From Okamejei kenojei (taxonomy: Eukaryota): DNA of 64,000 nucleotides. This document shows positions 1-12,245 of this stretch, one piece after another. Location: the NCBI GenBank assembly GCA_035221665.1, contig CM069145.1:20398001-20462000 (forward strand). The letters run 5' to 3'. Positions within the stretch are counted from its first letter, which is position 1. Each line of letters opens with the position of its first letter. The position numbers were made by a program, and so were the translations under genes. The notes below the pieces were generated by a model. That model saw only the letters and a list, made by a program, of their open reading frames with translations. It searched no databases and was not told where the DNA came from.

Positions 1-498
1 CGAGACCCTTCTTCAGACTGGTCAGGGATCAGGGAAACGAGAGATATAGACGGTGATGTGGAGAGATAAGGAACAATGAGTGAAAGATATGCAAAAAAGT
101 ATCAGTGATAAAGGGAACAAGCCATTGTAAGCTGTTTGTGGTGTGAAAATGAGAAGCTGGTGCGACTGGGGTGGGGGAGGGAGATAGAGATAGAGGGAAT
201 GCCAGGGCCCGAGGGCTGAGGGAGAGGTGGGAAGGGGAGGAGACAGCAAGGGTTAACAGAATTGAGAAAATTCAATATTCAAGCCCAAAGGATGCAGACT
301 CCCCAAGCGGAATATGAGGTGCTGTTCCTCCAGCTTGCGGTGTTGCTCACTCTGGCCGTGGAGGAGGCCCAGGACCGAGAGGTCGGATGTGGAATAGGAG
401 GGGGAGTTGAAGTGCTGAACCCGGGAGGTCGGGTTGGTTATTGCGGACCGAGCGGAGGTGTTCGGCGAAGCGATCGCCAAGCCTCCGCTTGGTCTCAT
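1..498 (-). mobile_element. Penelope-like element 3' fragment (GIY-YIG endonuclease C-terminus plus start of the terminal repeat)
   Basis: The minus-strand ORF ends HFNSPSYSTSDLSVLGLLHGQSEQHRKLEEQHLIFRLGSLHPLGLNIEF, typical of a PLE GIY-YIG C-terminus. A pyrimidine-rich tract follows, then CTGAAGAAGGGTCTCG at 16-1. Confidence 0.85.
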
Positions 499-499
499 G

Positions 500-1780
500 G
501 GTACCATACTGATGGGCCTAGGTATATTGCCATGTAACACTGGGACATGTGACTTGAGGATCGGGCCTGAAAGCGTTGTGTCCGAATAATGTGTTAGTGA
601 ACTCGGGTCTGTCATGTTTGTAACACTTTGATACAGTACTAATTGAGAAAATGGAGCATGAAACTAAGCTTGTAGAGAATATAAAAAACGATTGAAGTAG
701 CTTCTGCAATATTATGTGAAAAGAAAAATATTAGTGAAGGCTCAGTGAGAAATTTATATCAGGCAATAACATATTGGCAGACTAATTAAACAAATGTTCT
801 GGTTTCACAAAGAACACAAACATCTGCCCTGAAATGTTGAGGAACATGGGTTCTAGTGTGACAGGGGAACCGGTATTAGCAGGAAAACAAAGTATTAAAG
901 GCTGAAATATTCACATACCTTGTTAGTCTGCATCCCAGAACTTAAGGAAATAGAGAATTTGCACCTTATTTGAACTCTGAACTCTATGGATTAGGGTAGA
1001 TAATGTAACCTCACTAGTTAGGCAAGGAGGTCAAGAGAAAACAGGGAATTGTAGACTGTTTAGCTTGATGTTGGTGGCAGGGAAGAATGTTTGGAGAGAA
1101 GAGAGATTTTGTCTGATCCTGTCAACATAAACGCATAAAAGGAACTCGAGCTTGATAAGTTTACTGGGATGTTTGACATGCACGATGGATGAGGAGAAAA
1201 TGGTGTGTGTGCGCAGTATCTGGGTGCGCTGTAATGACACAAGAGTACAGTCCAGATGGGCATAGGTCTTTTGTGGCTACCATGAGTACAAACCTGGTAG
1301 CCACAGGTCTGTCATTGGGTAACATTGAGGTATAGTAGGGATGGGCATTGAGGTCTTTCACCATGTCACACCAAGGTACAGTCCTGGGCGAGGATGGCCT
1401 CTGCGTAACACTGGGATATAGTAAGGGTGGTCACAGCTTTGTTGCTGGGTAAAACACTATGGCACAGTATTGGGTGGGTACAGGTCAATCTCCATGTTAC
1501 ATTAAGGTATATATTTGTTGCACACATGTCTGTCACTTACACAATGTAGTACAATATTGACGAGGATAAGTCTAGCACTATATAACACGGTTTCAGTACT
1601 GATGGCTCGGGTCTGTCACCACGGAACACTAGAAAGTGATAGTAGGGACCGTTCTCTCGGCATGTTACAATGGGATATTGTGTGGTTACAGCTGTCACTA
1701 GCGCGGATACAAGTATCACTACATTACACGGCACAGCTATGACACGTGCTTCTTGCTGGTACAGACAAAAATGTTGCTGA
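500..1780. repeat. Degenerate ~40-46 bp minisatellite, interrupted by an old CR1 fragment
   Basis: A unit resembling tacagtactgatgggtacaggtctgtcaccatgtaacactggg recurs at ~500-545 and about ten times between ~1245 and ~1730. Confidence 0.6.
740..1130 (+). mobile_element. Old CR1 LINE ORF2 fragment
   Basis: Decayed similarity to the CR1 copy at 14601-16577 (remnants of LHPR.LKE, ANVTPL and GNYRPVSL); no intact ORF. Confidence 0.65.
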
Positions 1781-1859
1781 ACCATTTATTGAGTTGGCGC
1801 ATACAAATTGGGCTTACAGAGCTGTTGAACTGCCTCCCCCCCCCCCCGCCGCTTTTGTC

Positions 1860-3060
1860 ATCTTTCCAGGTCATGCTCTCATTGATGACTAGATTGGGTG
1901 CATGAAGGTGAAGGACGATGGGTTCTTCTTCAAAGACAGAGGGTTGTGATGGAAGTGTAATTTTCTGGCTCTAGGATGGATTCCAATGGTGTTTCACAGG
2001 GATCAGAACTGGTATTTCTGTCGATTGTGAAGTATATCAATGACTTGGATAAAAATGTAGTTAGTTTGTAAGTTTGCAGATGACGACAAAATTGGTGACG
2101 TCCCAGACTATCAATGTATATCAGTTATAAATGTGGGTGTAAAAATGGCAGATGGAATGTAATCCAGGCAAGTGTACGGTGTTGCACTTTGAGACATTAA
2201 ATGTCAGGGCAAGGATACACTTAATGATAGGTGCATGAGCATTGATTTTCAGAAGGCTCTTGGTTCCATGTTCATAGCTCCCCAAAAATCACAACACAAA
2301 TAGATAGTGACAAAGAATACCTATCATACACTTGTCTTCATTCATCGGGGCATTCAGTATAAGAGTCAGGAAATCATGAAGAACTTTATAAAAACTTTAG
2401 TTAGGCCAATTTGGAGTGTTGTGTTCAGTTCTGGCCACCCCATTATAGGAAGGATGTGGAGACTTTGGAGAGAGAGCAAAAAGAGATTTAGCAGGATGTT
2501 TTGTGGATTCTTAGCTGTAAAGAAAGGTTGGCCAAACCTGGAGAAAAAAGGAACTGCAGATGCTGGTTTAAAAAAAGACACAAAACTCAGTGGGTCAGGC
2601 AGCATCTTCTGGTCCAGACCCGAAAAATCATCCATCCATGTTCTCCAGAGATGCTGCCTGACCCGGTGAGTTACTCCACCACTTTGTGTTTTACTTTGAC
2701 AAACTTGAATTACTTTCTGTGATGCATCGGAAGCTGAGGGGAGACCTGATAGAAGTTTATAAAATTATGAAGGGCATAGATAGGGTGGAGAGTCAGAAGC
2801 TTTTTCCCGGGGTGTAAATGTCAAAGAACTAGAGGGCGTAGCTTTAAGGTAAGATGGGTAAAATGTTTACGCAGAGGGTTGTGCATGCCTGAAAAACACT
2901 GCTAGGGGTGTTGGTGAACGGAGGAGGTATGCCAGTGGTGTTTAAGAGACTTTTAGATAGGCACTGTGCACAGAAGGGGTTAGTTTAAGTTTGCACCATG
3001 CAAGAGACAGACATTTTGGGCCAAAGGGTCTGTTCCTGTGCTGCGCTGTTCTTTGTTTAT
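1860..3060 (+). mobile_element. Old CR1 LINE, RT region to 3' end
   Basis: ggtgtttcacagggatca (GVPQGS remnant) at ~1988, aagtttgcagatgac (KFADD) at ~2070, and a CR1 3' end gggccaaagggtctgttcctgtgctg at ~3018. Confidence 0.8.
2548..2692. mobile_element. Fold-back (inverted) Penelope terminal-repeat fragment inserted in CR1
   Basis: cacaaaactcagtgggtcaggcagcatc is followed by its inverse, gatgctgcctgacccggtgagttactccaccactttgtg. Confidence 0.75.
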
Positions 3061-3269
3061 TGAATGTGGACATCGAGGAAATATGTATAGTTTCCTGACT
3101 TGGAAAATGTTTTTCCTCAGGTGATGGAGCTGGCTTTTCTTTAAAAAAAGAAGCACTTCGGTTTTATGTACTTGTCTGAATAGCTTGGATACAATAAATT
3201 GCATTGCTCTCGAGTGGCTCTTGGAACTGGTTTGGATTGTAAATCTGGTCTTCCCAGTAAAAAAAAAGG

Positions 3270-3715
3270 CTGTGCGCCTCTGATTTAGACTAAGTGACAG
3301 TGGAAGAACAGCAACATAGTTCCAAGTCAGGATGGTGTGTGGGTTGTAGGTGAAGGCATTTCCACGCTCCTGCTTCATGGGAGAGTTGGCTGGTGTGCGG
3401 GCTGCCGTTGCTGAGTTGCTGCTGGTAAACACTGGAGCCATGGTGAAGGAAATGAATATTTCGGATGGTGGATCTGGTGCCAGAGAAGCGGACTGGGTTG
3501 TTTTGGATAATATCAATTATCTTGAGTGCTGTTGGAGCTGCACTCATCCAGATGAACAGTGAGTATTCCTTGCCACTTCTGTCTTGTAAATGGTGGAAAG
3601 CTAGGAGATGGGCCAATTGTTGCAGAATGTTCAGCCTCCGACCTGCTCTTGTAACCACTATATTTATCTGATTGGCCAAGTTAATACCGTGCTTAATGAT
3701 GGCCCCCAGAATGTT
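3270..3715 (-). mobile_element. Old CR1/L2-group LINE 3' fragment
   Basis: Minus-strand translation EYSLFIWMSAAPTALKIIDIIQNNPVR resembles the LINE ORF2 C-terminal motif MEYSPLAWMSAAPTTLKKLDTIQ. The same family occurs at ~38760-40290 (+) and ~47740-48640 (-). Confidence 0.65.
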
Positions 3716-6124
3716 GTGTGTAAGAAGGAACTGCAGATGCTGGCCAAAACCAAAGATATGCACAAAAAGCTGTAGTAACTTAGCTTTTTGTGTCTATCCC
3801 CTAGAATGTTAATGGTGCTAGACTAGGTTTTATGGTATTGCTGTCCATTGTCATTTAGAGGTGACCAGTTTCCTTTATTGAAGTTGCCCATTTGCCTGAA
3901 AGAACATAAGAACAAGAAATATGAATAGGAGTAGGCCTTTTATCCTTTTGAGCAATTCTCAAAAAACATAATTCCATCAAAATCAAAATATTATCATGAG
4001 TGTGTTGTTGACTTCGGTGCAGTATAGAAATTTATTTTCCCTCAGAAATAAGCGTTAGAAGGGTCCACACGTTGAAATGGTAGGAACAAGAACAAGACAT
4101 GTAATAGCCATAGAACAGGCTGCTTTTCCGACTGCCCAGGTATAGAGTGGCTGTGGGTTAGCATTAAAAAAAGACAACTGTTTGAAATGCCAGTATAGTC
4201 CAGACAATGTGTCTATTGACAGTGTTTTCCATAAGGTGAGTCTGACTGAAGTAGGTTAATCAAAGATCCATCGTGACCGATAACCTTCAAGTACTATTTT
4301 CCTGAACCAAAACTATCCATTAGCAAGGCTATAAAGCTATTTGGCAAATGGAATGCTCTAATAATATCTCTAATAATGCATCCTAACCCAGTTATTTTTC
4401 ATCTGTTAGACACTTTGAGACCTCCTATTCCATGTCTCTATACATAGATACAAATAAAGTAAATACCGTTTAGATTTTACATAAACAAACATTTAATTAA
4501 AGTAATTCAAGATGGCATTGAATATGTTATAAACATCCACATTTAAAAACACATTTTCTGTTCTACTGCTCATGTTACCTCACCTCTGGAATGGTTTTGC
4601 ATTCATATTTTGATCAAGGCTGCACCAATGTAGTCCTGGCTGAACTCAAACTGACCCTTATAAGCATGTTATTGTCGAATAAGTGTCACTGACTGGTCAT
4701 TTAAACAAGACCTGCCATCAATCAACATGAAATGTTGGGTGGTGGTTGGCAGCTTTGGACGGGTGCTTCCTCCCCCCCTGCCCCTCTTGTGGGAAAAGAA
4801 ATACTAGTAATGGAGGAGTCTGGGGTGTGGCTTGTCGGCATGCATCTGCAAGTATGACTGACTGTAACAGACTTGACTAGTCCTGTGGGATAGCTCCCAC
4901 AAGTTTGGCACGTCTTCTGGTGTTAGCAAGGAAATCTCTGTAGGTTTGACGAGGCTGGCAATATGTTTTGTGTGCCTGAAACTAATCGCTGGACTGTGCT
5001 GCCTGGTCTTATTATTATACATGTTTACTCTGGTTTTGGCCATCTCAGTAAGCTAGCTTGTTTCCCAGGGCAGAGTTGTTGTTTCAGAGTCAGGGTGGTA
5101 ACAGATTTTTTTTGCTTCATGGTTATTTTGTTAAAATGCTGACTTCATTATGACTTTTGCCAATATTTGTTAGTTATTCTTGTTTTCACTTTAATTGGCT
5201 GAATGCAAGTGCCCTTTACTGACATGTTAGAATTTTTAGATAACAAAGTAGGGGATCTGGAAATACGCAAAACCGTGATGCTACCAAAAAGCAACAAAAG
5301 CTTTTCACTGTACCTCGGTACACGTGACAATACTGAACTGAACCAAAGCCATTTGTAAAAATAACCGTTAAATTAATTGGGAACTGAGCATAATGGTGAT
5401 GATGGTTTGTTTTATAAACCAGTTTAACCTGTCGTGTAGCACATAGATATACTTAGATGCAAGTTATCCATAATTTATAGGGATAGTGTGGTACCCCCAC
5501 CTTCCCTTACTGCCCTGACCTAGGTACATACTGCCAATCCTTCATTCTGGCTTGGCCAAAATAGTGGATTTTATTTAGCTAAAACCTGCTTCCATTCTGG
5601 GAAGACTGTTATCAAAGGGCTACAAGAGTTTAAAGTGAATGTCTGCCACATCATCCATAAGCTTGTAACTATAATTTTATCTTTGCTTTGCATGGAGCTA
5701 ATTTCCTCCTTGCTTTCCAATTTGGCAATGGAAAGCCAGTGATCCTGGAAATGCAAACAAACAACATTTACTCATTTAGCCAGCAGTGTTATATTAATCA
5801 AAAAAATGTAATGTTTTAAACTTTTTTTAGTTCATCTACACCATATGAAATTAATCATAATTCATTTAAAATGGTCAATTTTTCCTCAAGGAAAACTGGT
5901 GCAATTCCTTGTTCTATAAAACAAAGAAATAATCAAGGAAAAGAAAATAAAGCCTGGAAATTAATTTAGTTCAAATTGAGTGTTTAAACAGTTAAAGCAG
6001 TGATTTTAAAAAAAGGATTGTGATCATTAATTGCTATTCTTAAATAATTGTACAGGCACATTTTAAATGAAAAATGAATATTTGGAGTAAAGTTTGGACC
6101 TTGTAGTTCCAGCCTTTAAAAGCC

Positions 6125-6450
6125 TTCAGAGACGTACAGCATAAAATCAGACCCGTTTGCCCAATTGGGTTTATGCCAACCATGGAGCACCCATTTCTAT
6201 AATGATTTGTTTATGGAGGTATATAGAATATGGAGGTAATCCTACATAATTACCCCCCATATTCTATTACTTATATAGGGAGTAACGACAATTTACAATG
6301 GAGAGTTCACTGAGCCATCTGCATGTCTTTGTCACATGGGAGGACACCTGAGCACTTGGAGGAAATCCACGTGTAAACTCCACACAGACAGCACCCAAGA
6401 TCAGGATTAAATGAAAGTGACTGGAGCAGTGAGGCCGCACCTCTACTAGT
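6125..6450 (-). mobile_element. Degenerate V-SINE copy
   Basis: aaactccacacagacagcacccaagatcaggatt matches the inverse of the SINE core seen in the other copies. Confidence 0.65.
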
Positions 6451-6600
6451 CAAGTCATTGCATTGCACTTGGAGGGAGACTTGGAGTAAGGCTCGCGCAC
6501 AGGCCAAAAATATTCTCTTGCTCTTCTGCTTGCTGTCGCACTCCCTTGCTCAATATCTCTTGTTTTACCATACTGCCTGGTTTGGAGGCAAGTGTCCATG

Positions 6601-6896
6601 GGCGGCATGAGGGCGCAGTGATAGAGTTGTTGTCTTACAGCGCCAGAGACCTGGGTTCGATACTGACTATCGGTGTTGTCTGTATTGGGTGTGTACATTC
6701 TACCTGTGACATGATTGAGTTTCTTCCCCCACACCAAAGATGTACAGTTTTGTTGGCTAATTGGCTTGGTATGAATGCAAGATGTCCTTAACAACTAGGA
6801 TAGTGTTAGTGTGCAGGTATCGCTGGTTGGCGGGGACTTGGTAGATTGACGGGCCTGTTTCCGTGCTATATCGCGAAATGGAACTAACTTCTAAAC
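6601..6896 (+). mobile_element. HE1-like tRNA-derived V-SINE
   Basis: A-box-like ggcgcagtgatag, B-box-like gggttcgatac, V-domain-like core, CR1-like tail gggcctgtttccgtgct and a ctaa repeat end. Confidence 0.8.
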
Positions 6897-6990
6897 TCTC
6901 AAAGGACATTGGAGCAGACAAGTCCAATGCCTCTGGTGCAGCCTAGCAGTAATTTGTAATCTCCATTTGTAATCTCCATGCAATGGGGAT

Positions 6991-7355
6991 TTCTTAAGGG
7001 GTTGGACAAGCTAGATGCAGGAAGATTGTTCCCGATGTTGGGGGAGTCCAGAACAAGGGGTCACAGTCTTAGGATAAGGGGAAATTACTTTAGGACCGAG
7101 ATGAGGAAAACATTCTTTACACAGAGAGTGGTGAGTCTCTGGAATTCTCTGCCACAGAAGGTAGTTGAGGCCAGTTCATTGGCTATATTCAAGAGGGAGT
7201 TGGATGTGGCTCTTGTGGCTAAAGGGATCAGGGGGTATGGAGAGAAGGCAGGTACATGATACTGAGTTGGATGATCAGCCATGATCATATTGAATGGCGG
7301 TGCAGGCTCGAAGGGCCGAATGGCCTCCTCCTGCACCTATTTTTCTATGTTTCTA
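6991..7355 (+). mobile_element. Young 5'-truncated CR1 (HER1-like) 3' end
   Basis: Encodes LKGLDKLDAGRLFPMLGESRTRGHSLRIRG...GYGEKAGT, is highly similar to the inverse of 14601-14975, and ends in a (TTCTATGT)-type tail. Confidence 0.93.
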
Positions 7356-7840
7356 ATGCAGTTATCTATCGCCTCATTTACTGTGCTTCCTCCCTCATTG
7401 AAATGAACAATATCTAGATCCGAACTGTGTGCTGGGCATTTTTTGGCTGTTAGTTTATTAAAGAAATTGATCCTGACAATATATTGGAAGATTTTTTAAA
7501 GAATCTCAATTGCTTGAAATCTGCAGACTGATTAATGATTGGACCATTTGCTGTGAATTGTTTGACCTTTTCTGAAGAGTGATATTAAAAACAGTAGGTG
7601 TGATGTACCCAGGCTGAATTGAATCTTGACTGGTATTCTAAGAAAGCCATCACAGGGAGAATGATCATTGTTTCACGTTATTGAGCCAAATAGCAGGGTT
7701 GGTATGTTTTTGCAGTGCTTGTGTCTCGGACTGTATGCTGGCTGTATTGTTATTTTTCAGCCTTCAGCCAGAGAATACCCACTGGGTAAACTAACGAGTG
7801 CTCCCAAAATCTACCAAAAACCTTTCATTTGCTTATGGCA

Positions 7841-8275
7841 GACACAAAATGCTGGAGAGACTCAGCGGATGAGGCAGCATCTATGGAGAGAAGGAATTGG
7901 CGATTTTTCGGGTCAAGACCCTTCTTCACACTGTCAGGGGAGGGGGTAGGACAAAGAAAGAATGTAGGTGGAGACAGTGGGAGAACTGGGAGNNNNNNNN
8001 NNNNNNNNNNNNNNNNNNNNNNNNNNNNNNNNNNNNNNNNNNNNNNNNNNNNNNNNNNNNNNNNNNNNNNNNNNNNNNNNNNNNNNNNNNNNNNNNNNNN
8101 NNNNNNNNNNNNNNNNNNNNNNNNNNNNNNNNNNNNNNNNNNNNNNNNNNNNNNNNNNNNNNNNNNNNNNNNNNNNNNNNNNNNNNNNNNNNNNNNNCAT
8201 ACCGCCGGGGTGTACACTACCCAAGCAAAATATGAAGTGCTTGGTGTGTTCCTCCAATTTGCGCTGGCCCTCACT
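7841..8275 (-). mobile_element. Penelope-like element 3' fragment spanning an assembly gap
   Basis: EEHTKHFIFCLGSVHPGG (GIY-YIG C-terminus) lies right of the gap and the terminal repeat lies left of it. Collinear with the copy at 35283-35540. Confidence 0.8.
7993..8197. other. Assembly gap (205 N)
   Basis: Run of N. Confidence 1.
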
Positions 8276-9911
8276 TTATTTGCTTATGTCAGAGTGCTCT
8301 GCTGGTGGTGAATAGAAGAAAGCAGTTGACTGCTTTGAGATGAGGCCAAAACCGCCACTTATTAACTGAAGAATGTGTATTGCAATGGCAGATGTTGGTG
8401 AATGGACTGAAACCTTTTGCACTTCGTACATCTAAACAATTGGTGGTCGACTTGACAAGTCCTGACAAAGTAGCCAGGTAGAGTTTTCCGCTTGTAACCA
8501 TCCTGGTGTTGGAAAGGTAAATGTGACAGTAACCATGACTTTGAGAAGTCCAAGCATGAGTGCAAGGCTAGAGCTTGGACTGCAATGGACATGACCCTCC
8601 ATGTTGGCATCTTGGTGAACACTTCTTCTCAGAGTGACTGGGTAAGGAATATTAATTCACACAGATGCTGTGAGTGTACCGCTCTGGGTTTCTCACTGAG
8701 CTCTTCAGTGCCTCAGCAATGGGTGCCTCAATAATAACCACACCACGTCCTGCACTGGGACTCCGGATGTGACTGTGTCCGTGTTCCTGTTCCAGGTTTT
8801 CTACCAACACCCATGGAAGCACCATGCATTCACCTAAGTGCCATGTCCTGAAACAGCACTGCAGGTCAAAGGAAGCATCAGTGATGATTGAAAACACATT
8901 TGGCCATGAGCAGGCAGCCTCCAGAGTGTTGTGAAGAAGAGTGTAGGAGTTGCCAGTGGGAGTGTGAGTGACCCTTTAAATAACTTAGCTGCAGAACAAA
9001 GAGCAGTATAACCACCGGGGTGGTTTGTGTTTGAATAGTGATAGAGGATCGATGGAAATGCATGTCTGAATTTCACCTTGCATTCCTGAAAAAAAGGCAT
9101 TACCATCGTTAGGTTCATGTCATCCTTGCAAATGTAAATTACTTCTGGAAGTGCGATGTGTAAATTCCAGTATGAAGTAAAATGTGTTACAAATGTTCTT
9201 TATGGCATTTCACTCCTGGTGAAATTGACTTATGATTATGTCAAGATGAAAGAAAGCGGGGTCGCACTATCACATTTGTAGCCAATGTACATTTAATTGA
9301 GCAGCAAAATATGTTCTGGGTGTTGAAAATAGCACTTAATCATTGAATGTTTTTTTAACATGAATATGGTGTATTCTGAAGGAAAAATGTATGACTGAAA
9401 TAACTGTTGAATTTCTGAGGTATAAAAATATTTTTCTTATTAAACATCCAGTAAAGGCTGAGATCACAACACCCAGCATGTAGGCTGAGAACAGCGTGAA
9501 TGTATACCACAAATATCTCAATTGTTTTTTAAAATTAGTCTCCAGCTGTACATCAGAACCCAATACTGATGCTGTGGATAGATTTAAACAGTGATATGTT
9601 AATAACCAAAAACATTATGGATCTACTGATAATACAACTTATGCAAACAAAATTAAACATTATAGTAAATTCTTGACTGCTTTCCAGATCTTGCTTTGAA
9701 ATCAAAGTCAGTTTTTCTTAAAAATGGCAAGCTGTTGATAACTGACTCGTTGTTAGGATATTTTAGCAGCAGCTTTTCCTTGTCGGTTCTCACCTGCCTC
9801 TCTTCATGTCCTTTCTCCAGTCATGAATAATGGATAGTCTGAACTGCTTTCCCAAAAATGTTGAATCCTCCCCCCTCCCCCCCCACAAATATTCAACCTG
9901 GCTGCTAATAC

Positions 9912-10207
9912 TAAGTTTAGTTTTGTTTAGATATACAGTGCAGAAACAGGTCCTTTGGTCTACCAAGTCCACACCGACCAGTGATCCTCCCACATTAACA
10001 CTGTCCTACACACATTGGGGACAATTTACACTTGTACCAAGCCAATTAACCTTCTTTGGAGTGTGGGAGGAAAAGGAAGATCTCAGAGAAAATGCACGTG
10101 GTCACGGGGAGAACGCGCAAACTCCGCACAGACAGCACCCGTTGTCAGGATCGAACCCGGGTCTCCGGCGCTGCAAGCGCTGTGAGGCAACAACTACCGC
10201 TGCGCCA
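9912..10207 (-). mobile_element. HE1-like V-SINE
   Basis: On the minus strand: tRNA-like head tggcgcagcggtag and B box gggttcgatcc, V-domain gtctgtgcggagtttgcgcgttctccccgtg, and a (ctaaa)n tail. Confidence 0.88.
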
Positions 10208-10246
10208 TGAAGAAATAAGAATGCAGCCAATGCCTGACACACGTGT

Positions 10247-10338
10247 CTGAAGAAGGGTCTCGACTCGAAACGTCACCTATTCCTTTTCTCAAGAGATGCT
10301 GTCTGACCCGCTGAGTTACTCCAGCTTTTTGTGTCTAT
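10247..10338 (+). mobile_element. Short Penelope-derived element with hammerhead-like core
   Basis: CTGAAGA-AGGGTCTCGACTC-GAAACGTC followed by the family's ~65-nt tail ending gtgtcta. Confidence 0.85.
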
Positions 10339-11904
10339 GTATGTGGTACCAAGACAGATCTCTATGGTTACTTACTGTCATAGTATATGAAATTAAGTTA
10401 ATTACTGTATTGTGAAACATATTTTCCATAAGCATTTCCGAAATCAAGATGCATTATCAGAAAGCTGTTGCACAGATCACGTTAGTACTGTCTGCAAAGG
10501 GCCCTGTTGACTTACACAGGAGAAAACATGACATATTTCAAAGTTTTTTAGACCCACAAGTTTGTAGTGATTGTAAGGACAGAGGGATAGCTGAGAGGAA
10601 GCTATACTTATTTTTATAGGTTGGTGTTCTTTGGGCACATTATTCTTAATGTCCCCATCACCATCATCTCACTCAGAATGGGAAGATACAAATATCTTGG
10701 AAAATTTGAAAGATAAGACTTCACATTTGCCGAAGACTAGAATGTTCGGCCCTGTTTCAAATACAAGTGATTGGAGTGTTGACAACATTTTAATGACACG
10801 TCTCTGGGTTAATTTGGTTATAGAGGGGGGAGAGGTTGTTGGTAGTCAGGAGCATGTCCCTGTTGAGAGTGGGGGAGGCCAAAGGCATTCTTGAGGAGTG
10901 TGACGTAAATACTCCTGGCCCTTTTAATACAGGATTATCTACCAGAAGGAATGAGTAGCCTTTGCCTTGGTTCAGCAAGGAAACTTGCAACGTCAGGTAT
11001 CGCCTCATTTTTTTGTTGAATTTAAGTAGTGGCATTGATCATATCAAAACGTAGCAAATTTGGATAGCTTACTATTTTCATGCTGCATTTACTTCAAGCA
11101 ACTCATCAGTGTCCTGAATTGTACCTTTTTAAACTGGACCACTCGGGCGCGATGGGTGCTGACATTTCTAACCCCTTCTGCTGGTCTTCTCCCAGCTATC
11201 GATGGGTTGGAGAGTTGGGGGGGGGGGGGGGGGTGGGGGGTTAATATGGAGAGCATTGTATTAGCATTGAAGATATAAGTGGAAAGGGAATGTTTAGATA
11301 CTGGAGCATTGCCACTAACTATTTAATCTATTCACATACAGAATTCAGAAAAAAGGTTGGACAAATACTAAAAGACGTCGAAAAACAGATGATAAGGAGG
11401 AGATGCCAGCACTGGGTAAGGTGAGATATGCCAGCTGGGAGACCTGTTATCCTATGATTGATAGTCACCACAGTCTTGGTGGGCCAAAGGGCCTGTTTTT
11501 CTTGCTGTATTTTTCATGGATCCACTTGGCATGAGACAGTGGGATGGTCCGAAGTCTTCTAACATGACATTAAACTAATGTGTTATATCCTCCTAGACTA
11601 AGAGAAAAGCCTGCATGCATCAGTTATCAGCTGAGAGCAGAGACAAATTTCTGAATAGTCCAGTTATTTAAATGAATTTAAATTGTCACATCTATGTGTG
11701 AAAGTACATTTTGCAAATAAAACTGCGGAAAATAATGAATCGTTTCACCTTTTTAGAGCTCTGTGTGCAAGTAAAACCTCATTTGGATTTGTAGCAAATG
11801 AATTCTGGACTCCTGCTTCAAGATAAAAACATATTGATCTTTTAGTTCTGGTATCTATTCAGATAAAATCAAAGCAGGAAAAACAATCTTGTATCAATAG
11901 AGTG

Positions 11905-12245
11905 CCCTAAAAATCAGAAAGCATTGCACAGCAAGGAAAGTTTAGTTTCTGGTGTTAGGTGGGAAACGTGCAGTCAATTTGCACACAGCATGTTCACAAT
12001 GTGTATTAACAGATAATAATGTTATTGATAAATATTACCAGGACAATCTGTTTAAATTCCTAAGCCTTCTTCAGAATAGTGCTGCAGTGCCATCATATAT
12101 TCACCCGAGAGAGCAGACAAGCCCTGAGTTTGCTGCCTCAACTGATGGTGCTACCAATAGGGGTAAACGTTGTGGTGAGGTATTCTGTGCATTCATGTCT
12201 CTGGAATGGAAAGGTGCTACCAATTGAGCTGAGTTGAAGCTGACT
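11905..12245 (-). mobile_element. Ancient Deu-domain SINE (SacSINE1/AmnSINE1-like), degenerate
   Basis: Recalled Deu-domain inverse motifs gcagtcaatttgcacacagca, gataaatattaccaggaca, cttcttcagaatagtgc and tcacccgagagagcagac. A sibling lies at 44310-44680. Confidence 0.6.

Noticed and set aside
6601-6675. tRNA genes at SINE heads (also ~10140-10207, ~30200-30270, ~50470-50540)
   Set aside because: The A/B boxes run straight into SINE body sequence and there is no complete cloverleaf.
7825-8315. Long ORFs in several frames
   Set aside because: Artefacts of translating through the N gap.
8290-9120. Cluster of Cys/His-containing minus-strand ORFs
   Set aside because: No recognisable domain or consistent splice signals; probably decayed repeat sequence that I could not assign.
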